Assembly (NCBI RefSeq): GCF_006345805.1
Contig: NC_042998.1
Coordinates: forward strand, 69,068,001-69,132,000
Source: Octopus sinensis
Taxonomy: Eukaryota
Length of the DNA: 64,000 nt
Direction: 5' to 3'
Below, in pieces: positions 36,071 through 49,812 of the stretch. The notes under the pieces are model-generated. The model made no database searches. It had not been told where the DNA came from and saw only the letters and a list, made by a program, of their open reading frames with translations. The position numbers were made by a program, and so were the translations under genes. The first letter of the stretch is position 1. Every line of letters begins with the position of its first letter.

Positions 36071-38758
36071 CATTAGAATATATCAGATCATTCTAAGTGC
36101 TACTGGTAAGATGTAATCTGGTGCAAGCCTATTGCATAGTTGGGTCATTGGCAACTAAATTGGTAACCTTATCAAGCAGGCTTAGTAAGTTCATCTGGGG
36201 ATAGACAATAATCAAGTACCAGGGATAGGTAACCTCTTTTGAGAACCAGGTAACATGAAACATTACCAGGTGACCCATACTATTTAAAAAAAAGAAAATT
36301 CTTTTAGTTGTGTCTATCAGAAAGTCCTGTGGGTAATAGTTTACATGTCTCATCTACAGTTCACTCTAGAAATAACATCCAAGTCTCCCTCATCATGGAA
36401 AGGAAAGGACACTTTGGCTAGAAAAAATAATGTAGTCCTAGACAGGCAATACTCAGTAATAGCCATGGCTGTAATGTCCTGTTAACTGGGGACTGATCTG
36501 GAGTTAAAAACTGGGTTAATTATGGTGCTGTTATCTGGTTTTGAGATTTAGAAATAACAGCAAAATTTTCCTTAACTCACAATCCTACATACATTGTATA
36601 AAACAACAAAAATGAATAGGTTTGTCATGAGTAGAGTACCTTTGATCATAGGGTTGTGCTGGGCCGGAGGTTCTCAACCCGGGTTTATACGGCCCGTGGG
36701 GATCCATTCAAGATTTTGTTAAAATTTATCAGCAATAAACTTGTTATACTTCTACAGGCGTGGCTGTGTGGTAAGAAGCTTGCTTCCCAACCGCATGGTT
36801 CCAGGTTCAGTTCCACTGCGTGGCACCTTGGCCAAGTGCCTTTTGCCGTAGCCACGGGTTAACTAAAGCCTTGTGAGTGGATTTGGTAGACGGAAACTGA
36901 AAGAAGTCCATCAAACGTAGTCGATAGCAGACCCCTCGCCCCGACTGGTACCTGTGCCGGTGGCATGTAAAAAGCATCCACTACACTCTCAGAGTAGTTG
37001 GCGTTAGGAAGGGCATCCAGCTGTAGAAACATTGTCAGATCAGATTGGAGCCTCCTGGCTTGCCAGTCCCTAGTCAAACCGTCCAACCCATGCCAGCATG
37101 GAAAACGGACGTTAAACGATGATGATGATATATATATATATATATAAATGAAATAGGGAGATACTATTGACTGCCCAATAATCTATTTAATACACCCCTT
37201 CGAAGGAACACTTTTCCTCAGTTTCTTACTATATATAGGCGTAGGAGTGGCTGTGTGGTAAGTAGCTTGCTTACCAACCACATGGTTCCGGGTTCAGTCC
37301 CACTGCGTGGCACCTTGGGCTAGTGTCTTCTACTATAGCCTCGGGCTGATCAAAGCCTTTTAAGTGGATTTGGCAGAGGGAAACTGAAAGAAGCCCGTCG
37401 TATAAATGTATATATATGTTTGTGCGTGTATGTTTGTGTGTCTGTGTTTGTCCCCCTGGCATTGTTTGACAACCGATGCTGGTGTGTTTATGTCCCCGTC
37501 ACTTAGCGGTTCGGCAAAAGAGACCGATAGAATAAGTACTGGGCTTACAAAGAATAAGTCCCGGGATCGAGTTGCTCGATTAAAGGTGGTGCTCCAGCAT
37601 GGCCGCAGTCAAATGACTGAAAACAAGTAAAAGAGTAAAAAGAGAGTAAAGAGTATATATATATATAAGGTGTGTCTATGTTTGACCTACCTGCCATCGC
37701 TTGACAGCTGGTGTTGGTGTGTTTACGTCTACGTAACACAGCGGTTCGGCAAAAGAGACCGATAGAATAAGTACTATGCTTACAAAGAATAAGTCCCGGG
37801 GTCGATTTCTTCGACTAAAACCATTTAAGGTAGTGCCCCAGCATAGCCGCAGTTAAATGCCTGAAACAAGTGAAAAATATTTTAACAATTGTTTTGATAA
37901 AACTCCTAATAATATTTACTTATAAATATATATGATTTTTAATGCCTTGAATGGCTAGGAGGGTCCAGCCGAGTAAAACAAGAATCAGAGGGGTCCATAG
38001 GTTAAAAAAAAAAAGAAAGTTCGAGGAGCACTGTGCCAGGCGAAGGCGACCTGGGGCTAAACTACAAGAGTAACAACTTGATCACGGTAAAATTGTGAAT
38101 CTGGATATTATGTTATTTCAGAGTTATTTCCCTTAGACTTGTGTTAATGATTCTGCCAGCTTGCCGCCTGAGAGAGTATTACGAAAGAACGAAGGGAGAA
38201 ATAATCTCTTTTACTTGTTTCAGTCAGTCGACTGCGGCCATGCTGGAGCACCGCCTTTAGTAAAACGAATCGACCCCAGGACTTATTCTTTGTAAGCCTA
38301 GTACGTATTCTATCGTTCTCTTTTGCCGAACCGCTATGTTACGGGGACATAATTACACCAATATCGGTTGTCAAGCAATGGCAGGGTGACGAACAAAAAA
38401 CACACACACACACACACATGTATATAATTAAGAGAAATAACCTCTATTAAGTAATTCAATTGATAATGAAAGATATTATCTATATTAAATCATTTAGAAA
38501 AAAATTTAATATAAATATTATTCTAAAAATCACTAAATTAAATACACATTATTAATAATTATATATATATATCATCATCGTCGTTTAACGTCCGTTCTCC
38601 ATGCTAGCATGGGTTGGACGGTTCGACCGGGGTTCTGGGAAGCCAGAAGGCTGCACCAGGCTCCAGTCTAATTTGGCAATGTTTCTACAGCTGGATGCCC
38701 TTCCTAACGCCAACCACTCCGTGAGTGTAGTGGGTGCTTTTTACGTGCCACCTGCACA

Positions 38759-38789
<31 letters not shown>

Positions 38790-39322
38790 ACGACTGGTTT
38801 CTTTCAGTTTCCGTCTACCAAATCAATTCACAAGGCTTTGGACTGTCCGAGGCTATAGTAGAAGACACTTGCCCAAGGTGCCACGCAGTGGGACTGAACC
38901 CGGAACCATGTGGTTGGGAAGCAAGCTACTTACCACATAGCCACTCCTGCGCCTTAAGGATTGTTTTTTTTATGTCTGAAGAATTTAGAAATTTTGAGAG
39001 ACGTGAAATAATTCGGTTTTAGCGCAAGAATTCCAAGTGGAATATAAATATTAGCCGGAACTAATATTGGTTTCTAATTTTGGCACAAGGCCGGCAGTTT
39101 CGACGGAGTGAGATAAGTCGATTAGATCGGCCCCAGTGATCAGTGGTCGACCTCGGCAGAATTTGAACTCAAAACGTAAACACGAGCGAAACGTCGCTAA
39201 GCATTTTGCCCGGTATAGGGACACAATGCGCTGCCGGGAATGGAACTCATGACTATCCGATCATGAGCCGAATGCAATAAGGACTAAGCCACGCATGTTC
39301 GCCATAGCATGCAGATATGCTG

Positions 39323-40080
39323 TCGGCACAAGGCCTGAAATTTTGTGGGGAGCGGGGAGGCAGTCGATTAGATCGACTCCAGTACGCAACTTGTACTTAA
39401 TTTATCGACCCCGAAAGGATGAATGACAAAGTCGACCTCGGCAGAATTTGAACTCAGAACGTAGCGGCAGACGAAATACCTATTTCTTTACTACCCTCAA
39501 GGGGTTAAACACAGGGGAGACAAACAAGGACAGACAGACGGATTAAATCGATTATATCAACCCCAGTGCGTAACTGTTACTTGATTTATCGACCCCGAAA
39601 GGATGAAAGGCAAAGTCGACCTCGGCGGAATTTGAACTCAGAACGTAGCGGCAGACAAAATACCTATTTCTTTACTACCCCCAAGAGGTTAAACACAGGG
39701 GAGACAAACAAGGACAGACAGACGGATTAAATCGATTATATCAACCCCAGTGCGTAACTGTTACTTGATTTATCGACCCCGAAAGGATGAAAGGCAAAGT
39801 CGACCTCGGCGGAATTTGAACTCAGAACGTAGCGGCAGACAAAATACTTATTTCTTTACTACCCCCAAGAGGTTAAACACAGGGGAGACAAACAAGGACA
39901 GACAGACGGATTAAATCGATTATATCAATCCCAGTGCGTAACTGTTACTTGATTTATCGACCCCGAAAGGATGAAAGGCAAAGTCGACCTCGGCGGAATT
40001 TGAACTCAGAACGTAATGACAGACGAAATACGGCTACGCATTTCGCCCGGCGTGCTAACGTTTCTGCCAGCTCGCCGCCT
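39323..40080 (-). repeat. Tandem multimer of family-B SINE, 184-bp period
   Basis: 'gaccccgaaaggatgaa' at 39407, 39591, 39775, 39959. Confidence 0.9.
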
Positions 40081-40329
40081 TTTAGCTTTCAAATATTGAG
40101 TTAAAAATCCCTTTGGGTAGAAAATGTCCAAGACTGTCCATGTTACTGTTTCCAGAAGATGTGGTTTCGAATCTCCCGGGCAGACTTCGACAGTTTCAAT
40201 CCTTAGGGATTTTTAACCCAATGTTTACATGCTATTATTTATAGCTTTATCTATTTCGAGTGCTACGGTTAAAAACGAACGGTTTAGTATATTTCAGGAG
40301 AATCACCAATGTACAGAGGACGGAAGCAA

Positions 40330-40660
40330 CGAATCACTATAATCTAGCATTCACCAGCAGAGAATCCTTTGTTGTGTTTGTAATGGGTGAAGCCCTCTTG
40401 TTCAAGGAATATCTAGCTACCGGAGCCTTCCAGTCATTTCCCTGAAATGCCAAGTCCCAAGCTTTACCCCAACTTTTGCAATCACTCGTGAGACCTTTCT
40501 TCACCGCTGCCGACCTTTTCTTCTTCGGACGCCCTTTCTTCCAGGACATGGCTACCTTTGACGGAGCTCGATGTGGACCGAATGAAGTGAAACATTGTGA
40601 GGTAGTAATGACAGCACTGAGGCTAACTGGAGCATCTTTGTATTTGATCCCTACAAGCGC
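40330..40660 (-). mobile_element. Degenerate RTE LINE ORF2 3' fragment
   Basis: 'RAPSKVAMSW-KKGRPKKKRSAAVKKGL...KSWGKAWDLA...NDWKAPVA' resembles the RTE C-terminal GRPKxxW...VxxDL pattern. Confidence 0.5.
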
Positions 40661-41143
40661 CATCATTCAGTGGTCAACCTAGCTATCTATCTTGGGTATG
40701 AACATACATTGCACATCACTGAGGCCACATCCACTGAATTGTCACAGGAACCATTCAAGACTATTCTGATTGATTTCTTCAAAATCTGCCAATATAACAA
40801 ATTAGCTTCAGCACTCGTGTGTGTAAAGGCCCAAACTACAACAACTCTGCAGATCAAAGCGGCAGAAATAGGGTCAACTGATTGCACAAAAAAGACTCCC
40901 TTTGGTGGAGCAGGATGTGGATCCGTCGCAGGGCTAATATCTTCCTCATATTGCAGGCACTAAGTTTCAGCTGAGTAAATTGAAGTAATGCCAAATGAAA
41001 TGGTTTAACCGAGAATAGAACCTACAACCTCACGATCGTGAGCTTAACACCGAAATCGTCTGGACAGGCGCCTACAGACTGACTGATGATGGTAAACAAA
41101 CAGAAACTTCGAACCAACTCAACTTTTACCATATATATATATA

Positions 41144-41191
<48 letters not shown>

Positions 41192-41199
41192 TGTAGGGG

Positions 41200-41387
41200 G
41201 AGAATTCACACAAACAAAAACAAAAAACAAAAGCCGAAGACAGGTGGTGTACACAACAAACAGATGTATTAGTTTAACGCTCGGAAAGTGAAAAAGTCTT
41301 TAACATTTCGAGCCTACGCTCTTCCACAGAAAGGAACACAGAAAGAAACAAGGAGAGAAAATAAAGAATGTGTAGTGACTAGCGATC

Positions 41388-41388
<1 letters not shown>
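41200..41388 (-). mobile_element. (TA)n-embedded short element with hammerhead-like motif, family 2 (other copies about 41752-42115 and 44455-44600)
   Basis: Three related copies bordered by TA tracts. The minus strand of the 41851-41889 copy reads TCTTT-CTGTTGA-A-GAGC(GTAG)GCTC-GAAAC-GTT-AAAGA. Confidence 0.65.
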
Positions 41389-41463
<75 letters not shown>

Positions 41464-41559
41464 TATATATACATACATATATATATATATATACATACAT
41501 ACATACATACATATATATATATATATAAACATATATATATATATATAATACATACATAC

Positions 41560-41600
<41 letters not shown>

Positions 41601-41699
41601 ATAATATATATATATATATATTATATATATATATATATTATATATATACATACATATATATATATATATATTATATATATATATATATTATATATATAT

Positions 41700-41753
<54 letters not shown>

Positions 41754-44600
41754 ACGGGAAGCTTTATGAAAATAGACAAAAGACGAACGCAGGTGGGAAA
41801 CAAACAAACAATTGTATTAGTATGGCGCTCAGGAAATATAAATAAAACAAGTCTTTAACGTTTCGAGCCTACGCTCTTCAACAGAAAGATACACAGAGAG
41901 AAAAAAAACACAGAAAGAAGGAGAGAAAAAAAATGCGTGCAGTAACTAACGAATCAACATGGCGATCTGATTTCGGCCAGAGGTCAAAGATCAAACATGA
42001 GACGCGAAAGCGAAATAAGGGGAGATAATAGGGTTGATAATAGGGTTGAATGACCAGCTATTAGTGCGTATGAGAGGTCTGGACGTGTGTATGTGTAGGG
42101 TTGGTGTATGTATTAGTATATATATATATATATATATATATACGTACAATAGAGGCGACGTTAGATGCAACTAGCGATTTGTGTAACGAACTTAATGCAA
42201 AATACATCACGGAAAGCCAATTTAACTGTGGAATTCGTCCGGAGATACCTTTTAAGGATGTGCTGATTTAAATAATAGAAAAAAATATATTACCAGTAGA
42301 TGAAAATCGTCCAGCAGCATGCTACATGCGTATTTCTGTCATTTTATGCATCATCAGCAGCACGTACCCAGTGGCAACCGCATACCAAGATAAAATCCGT
42401 TGCCACTGACCTAGGAAAACTAAATCTTTCATTTATTTCTCATTTTATATATATAATGTCAATTTGTCAAGAAGGTCAAATCAACATTACTTTCTTCGTT
42501 AAAAAATCTCTGATGTTTGCATTTATGTACTTGTGGATTAACAAAGCAGCCAATGGTTTCATGTGAAGAGATCTTAACAATTGTTCAAGCGTGGCACATG
42601 GAAGTGTTGGTACTCTTCTCTATTTTGGATGAGAATACATGAAATTACACGAAACTGAGCAGGCCTTCGAAATAAACACACTAATCGCGGGAGGTAACTT
42701 ATAAGAATATCTTATCTCCCTTGAGTTAGTCCTGGACACATACACACACACATACATACATACATACATACATACATACATACATACATACATACATACA
42801 TACATACATACATACATACATACATACATACATACATACATACATACATACATACATACATACATCGCAGTATCGACACGACTATTGAATGTTATACATT
42901 GCTGGTCACAATGCACTTCACATCGTTTTAGCTTTCGAATGATGCCATCCTGCTGACTAGATGGCTATTCCATTTCAGGATGACCCATTTACAGCTGAGT
43001 GAACTGGGGCAACGTGAAATTAAGTGTTTTGCTCAAGAACACAACGCACCACCCGATCCAGGAACCGAAACCGTGATTTAGTGATCGTGAATGCAACACC
43101 CTAACCATTAGGCCACGCGCTTATATATAATTTGTTTGTGTTGTTCAAATATTTGGGTTTTTTTTTTAACTTGTGCAAATTACAAATGTCTTCAACTCTT
43201 TTTGTTTATAGATAAATCCCTTTCTTGCCGGAAATAAGGTCGGACAATTGTCATGTTGATGACTGCAATTGAGGCAGAAACACCTGTCCACGGCTGTTGT
43301 CTTATCTTCGTACAATAAGTATGTCTATTTTGCTCAATGACATGTCAGTTTTGGAGAATACTTGATTATTTGATGTTATCTCATCTCATATAGGGCTGAT
43401 CTTAATTATTGTTTGGTAATTATGGCGCATCCTCTAGAGGTGGAGATAATTTTAATGACTCAAGAATTTATGCTGTATGGCATTTGATATACCTGTAATT
43501 CTGTGTGCGTATCTATGTATTTTATGTATGTATATAACACACAACACACACACAATGTTGCCGTATTTGGTCATCGTGGAAAAGATAATCTCGAGGAATT
43601 TTGATATTGTGAGGAACAAAAATTAGAAAATAAATTAGTTTCTACTGACTTGACTTAATAAATTACAAAAAAAAAAAAAAATATCACGTACACAACTGAC
43701 CCAGGAAATTAAGAGCGTTCGTGAAGGAGGCAATTCATTGCTGCTGAAATTCGAAACCGAGATGCTTGTCTTCGCCAGTCTGAAGATTCTCTTCTTTCTT
43801 CGCAACATTTGTCATTAGATTATTTTAATAAGGAATATTTTCATAATATCAGCAGCGCCAACAACCAACGGAAGTATAGCATTTCATAGTATAACCTCTC
43901 GTACCTCATTTGTCAAGAGTGTGTTGTCAGTGAAAGTGAGAAAGGAAGGAGCAAAGATGGCCGCCGAATACAAACCATTATTATTAGAGAAGGGGAGAGG
44001 ATTAAGAGAGAAGCTTAATGGTGAATGTGTTTGATTACAAGCAGTTTGTCAGATTCATTCCAAATGATTGATACAATCTGCCGTGAAGATATTAATTTCA
44101 AGTGTTGACACAACACACTGAAACTTCGCCATCGTCAAAAATATGACGATGTCCATATGTTTATAAATCTATCCTAAAAATAGTCTGTCTATAACTTTTA
44201 AAAGATGCCAACCCTGCCTGTCGACATGTTCTCATTGTATAAAATATTACAGAAGACGAAGAAAGCAATGTTTTCATTGTATATGATACCATAGGGGAAG
44301 AAAGCGAGGTTTTCATTGTATATTAGACGAAGAAAGTAATGTTTTCAGAAAATGTTAATTTGGCCTTCACACACCACACACACACACACACGCACACACT
44401 GTCTGTCTGTCTCTCCTCGTCCCTCTCTCACGCTTCAAATTAAACAGAAGATAGGTAGGTAAGGGAGTAACAGACAAGGTGTATTAGTTTGGCGCTCAGG
44501 AATAAAATGGAAGAGTTTTTGCCGTTTCGAGCCTACGTTTTTCTACAGAGAGGAAAGGAAAGAAAAGAATGGAGAGAGAAAAAAAAACGGAGAGAAAAAC

Positions 44601-44655
<55 letters not shown>

Positions 44656-44663
44656 TATATATA

Positions 44664-45030
44664 GGAGTAAAATATGAAAAATCAACGAAAATGCACATTG
44701 CAAATAAAAAAAAGGCTATTTATGACAGGTAACGACAAATATATACATTTAGATTGACTGAGGTAGTAATACGAATCATAAAAGTCATTGTTATGAGATG
44801 ATTATAAGATGATAATAAAGTAAGAGAACAAAACGGACCAAAACGTAAACCATGGTCCGTTTTGTTCTCTTACTTTATTATCATCTTATAATCATCTCAT
44901 AATAATGACTTTTATGACTCGTATTACTACCTCAGTCAATCTAAATGTATATATTTGTCGTTACCTGTCATAAAAAACCCTTTTTTTTATTTGCAATGTG
45001 CATTTTCGTTGATTTTTCATATTTTACCCT
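44664..45030. repeat. Long foldback palindrome (arms about 177 bp, 12-nt loop) inside (TA)n
   Basis: 44664-44840 is the near-perfect reverse complement of 44853-45030. Confidence 0.9.
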
Positions 45031-45081
45031 TACATCTCCACGTGTATTTTATATTTTCTTTGTAAACATATTTCTACTATA

Positions 45082-45171
<90 letters not shown>

Positions 45172-45177
45172 ATGTAT

Positions 45178-45208
<31 letters not shown>

Positions 45209-45277
45209 ATGTATATTATATATATATATATGTATGTATGTATATGTATATATATATATATATATTATGTATGTATG

Positions 45278-45325
<48 letters not shown>

Positions 45326-45376
45326 ATATTATATATATATATATATAATATATATATATATATATGTATATATATA

Positions 45377-45438
<62 letters not shown>

Positions 45439-48400
45439 GCGCAGGGGTGGCTGTGTGGTAAGTAGACGCAGGAGTGGTTGTGTGGTAAGTAGCTTGCTTA
45501 CCAACCACATGGTTTTGGGTTCAGTCCCATTGCGTGGCACCTTGGGCAAGTGTCTTCTACTGTAGCCTCGGGCCGACCAAAGCTTGTGAGTGGATTTGGT
45601 AGACGGAAACTGAAAGAAGCCCGTCGTATATATGTATATGTATATATATGTATGTGTGTGTTTGTGCGTCTATGTTTGTCCCCCAACATCGCTTGACAAC
45701 CGATGCTGGTGTGTTTACGTCTCCGTAACTTAGCGGTTCGGCAAAAAGAAACCAATAGAATAAGTACTTGGCTTACAAAGAATAAGTCCTTGGGGTCGAT
45801 TTGCTCGACTAAAGGCGGCGCTCCGGCATGGCTACAGTCAAATTACTGAAACAAGTAAAAGAGTATATATAATGAAAGGATTAAGTTAAATAAATCGAAG
45901 AAAATCAACAACGAAGCACGCCGTGTAATTTAGTTAAAACTCGGGGAAACTCGTGTAAGTTAACCATTCGAATTTGTAGTTAAGGCTAAGTTGAATTGAA
46001 ATTTATCACGACTCCAGCAATCCGTAAATTGAGAAGTATCTGAGGAATTATTGGTACGTTTAACGTGGTTTAAATATAACAATAAAGATGAAACGAATGG
46101 ATTTTTTGGGTAATACTAAACGTGTTTCAATAGCGACAGATTTTATTAACACTTTACTCCATTCAACTTAGATTATATGCGATTATGCAATAATGCGTTG
46201 ACATGGAATTGTCACTTTGTCGGGTAAAAATCTCAAAGAGGTTTATAAGGCGATATGCACCAAATTGAATCTTGGTAGCGAATGAAAATTTCAAGTGACG
46301 GATAAATATACGATTTAAGTTATTTAGGGAAAAATAGCATATGCTACAAGATTCCATTTAGTGCATATCACCTTGTAAGACCCCTCATAAAATTTTGCCT
46401 GATGAAGAAGAAATGTTATGTGAGTAGATCATTGTTGAATCTTATATAACCTCGCATGTTAGATCATTCGATTTGATGCGATGTGTTAATAAATATTTGC
46501 TATTGAGATACGTGTAGCAGTACCCAAATTATTCATTCGTTGCATATTTTTAAATGACTAATAATTAAATAATTATTTCTACTGTAGGCACAAGGCCTTA
46601 AAAATTTTTGGGGAAAGGTTCTAGTCGATTACATTGATCCCAGTGCGTAACTGGGATGAAAAGCAAGTCGACCTCGGCGGAATTTGAACTCAGAACGTAA
46701 AGACAGGCGAAGTACCGATAAGCATTTCGCCCAGCATGCTAACGATTCTACCAGCTCGCGCCTTTAATCTTTTCTACTCTAGGCATAAGGCCCGAAATTT
46801 TGTGGGAGAGGGCCAGTCAATTAGATCAGCCCCAGTACGCAACTGGTACTTAATGTATCGACCCTGAAAGGATGAAAGGCAAAGTTAACCTCGGCGGAAT
46901 TTGAACAAATGCACGATATATTGTTAGCATTTATGCGCAATAAATTGTTTATACAATACACAAAATATTTTGACAATTTTTTAATACAATTCTAAAAATG
47001 ACCACGGGATTGCACCTAGAAAGTTACCCTCCTTTGCAGAAGTCCGGGCAAGGTTGTTTATGGAAGACCCACAGTCGCCCGCGCGTACCAGCCTTCTCCT
47101 CTCCACGCAACTGATATTGTCCAAAGGAAAGGCCGATACAGCTTGGCACCTGTGGCGCTGCAACTTATTTCTACAGATGAGCGAACTGGAGTAACGTGAG
47201 ATAAAGTGTCTTGTTCAAGAACAAAATTCACAGCCCGGTCTGGGAATCGAGCTCACTACCTCGTGATTGTGAGCTTTAATAATATTTAATTATGAAAATA
47301 TAAGATTTTTCTTTAAACATTGAATGGCTATGAGGATCCACCCGCGTAAAATGGAAACCAAAGGGGTCAACAGGTAAAACCAAATGGTTTAGAACCAGCG
47401 ACATAGAGGACTCGGAATGATTTTATTTATTTATTTTTGCGACGTTTTCTTTTGAAGAAGAAATGTAATCAAATACGCTATATTGCGTAGGTTCGGCAGA
47501 AAATACAACACAAAACAAAACAATAAAAGCCTACATTTTACAGTTTGATAAACGTTTTAACAGAAAATGCACGTTATGTACCTGTCAACACTATGATGGT
47601 TACTGAAAAGATAAAATAATAATAAAACATCATCTCTATGAAGATACCATTTCCACCTGTCTAACTTCACTTGCAGTACACCAATGGCGGAGTTTTTTTG
47701 TTGTTGCATCTTGTATTACCAGAGTGTACGAGAAAACATTCAGTCTTGTTAGTGAAGGAGACAGAAAGAGGCAGGTTTTTAAAATAACTCGTATTATTCG
47801 TTGAGTTACATTATATGCTTAATCATATCATAACAACGGTTTGGCGTTGTTATGATAATTTTATCAAAATAATGTTAATTATTAATAAAATATTATTTAT
47901 AAGATTCCAGAGATTGTTTTTTTATTCTCTCAGATAGAAACCGAGCAAATCTCAAGTGTTCTGGAAATTAGCCAACTCCTTTATCTAAATGACGTTTATT
48001 GAATATTTTATATACGCAGTAGGGTGGCAAGGGGGTGGACCCCTCCACCAAGGGCAACACTTTTATCAAGGGCAGTACTTTGGGGTCTGCTGTATAAGCC
48101 TGTATAGGTTTAGGGGCCTGGGGATGGGGAAAACTTAAAGGTTGTCATGGATGGTACACATTCTGGCAATTGTATTTATGTGGAGCCTGATGGTCTAGTG
48201 AGTGGGGGTATTGGCTTCACGAGCTTAAGATCGTGAGTTCAATTCCAGAGCCGGGCGGCACATTGTGTCTGACAAGGTACATCTTTTCACATTGCTTCAG
48301 ACTCAACTGAAATCGGGTACCAGGTTATCCATTTTAATAAAGAATTTCTAAATCACTGTTGTCATTAGGCGCAGGGATAGCTGTGTGGTTAAGAAACTCG

Positions 48401-49145
48401 CTTTACAACCACGTGGTTTCAGGTTCAGTCCCACAGCGCGGCACCCTGGGCAGGTGTCTTCCACCATAGCCTCGGACTAACTAAAAGCCTTGTGAATGGA
48501 TTTGGCAGACGGAAACTGCGTGCGTATCTTTGTTTGTATTTGTCACCCCCACCCCGCCGCTGCATTGATTGACAACCGGTGTTGGTTTGTTTACGTCCAC
48601 CGATTTAACGGTTCGGTTAAAGCGATGGTTCGAATACGTACCAGACTTATTTTAAAAAAAATAAAGTACTAGGGTCGATTTGTTCGATTAAAACCTTTCA
48701 AGACGGTACTCCAGCATGGCCACAGTCCATTGATTGAAATAAATAAAAAATTAAAAGTTACATGTGATGTATTATTACGTGTTCTTCTGCTGGGAGGGAG
48801 AGAGAGAGAGAAGGGGAGAGGGAAAGAGAGGGAGAGGGAGAAGGGGGAGGAGAGAGAGAGGAAGAGATGAAAGTCATCTCACCCCCTTCTCTCCCAAGAA
48901 TCTGAAAAGACAAGGGATTCCCCCGTTTAATATGGCGGGAATACAGTTGAAACTTATTAACAATCCAACAATGTACGAGTTGCTTTCTCTTCAGAGCTGT
49001 TTTTTAGCCGCAAATCTAAACATGGCGTCACAACCATGACCACCCCCACCGCCCTTTTGTATATCAAGGATTACATTAACCTATGTTGTCATTTAATCAT
49101 TGATCTGCTGCAACAGCAACAACAACAACAACAACAACAACAACA

Positions 49146-49190
<45 letters not shown>

Positions 49191-49191
49191 G

Positions 49192-49224
<33 letters not shown>

Positions 49225-49812
49225 TTTCCTACTCAAGGCACAAGACCCAAAATTATGGGGGAGGATGCTAGTCGATTGGATCGACCCCAGTACGCAACTG
49301 GTACTTAATTTATTGACTCCGAAACGATGAAAGGCAAAGTCGACCTCGGCGGAATTTGAATTTTGAACGTAAAGACAGACGAAATACCGCTCAGCATTTC
49401 GCCCACGACGTGCTAACGTTTCTGCCAGCTCGCAGCCTTTTTCTGCTACTACTATTGATCAATCTCCTTGCAAGAGTGATTTGAGGCACATTTAACTGCT
49501 ATTTAAGGCACATTTAACAGCAGGCCATAGCTCTCCCTTTGGTTTAAATTTAAGCATTGAAGCTATTCCTCGGGGGGCACATGTGCTACACATCTATATG
49601 TTACCGGATTACCCCTAAATAATGTGGAGGAACTGACATTTGTGGCAGTCTTAAAATTCTTGGAAGCCATGACGGCTTTCTCAAAGATGTGACATGGTTG
49701 TTATTTCTAACAGGTTGAGATATCATGTAAAGGCTCCAATGTTGGACCATACATACATACATACATACATACATACATACATACATACATACATACATAC
49801 ATACATACATAG

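Noticed and set aside
42140-42720. Coding-like composition on the + strand
   Set aside because: Interrupted by stops and not assignable; probably an old TE remnant.
44945-45565. Long ORFs here and at 52502-53313, 58694-59795, 61516-62077
   Set aside because: Translations of microsatellites (YI, HT, LSIY, poly-S/L).
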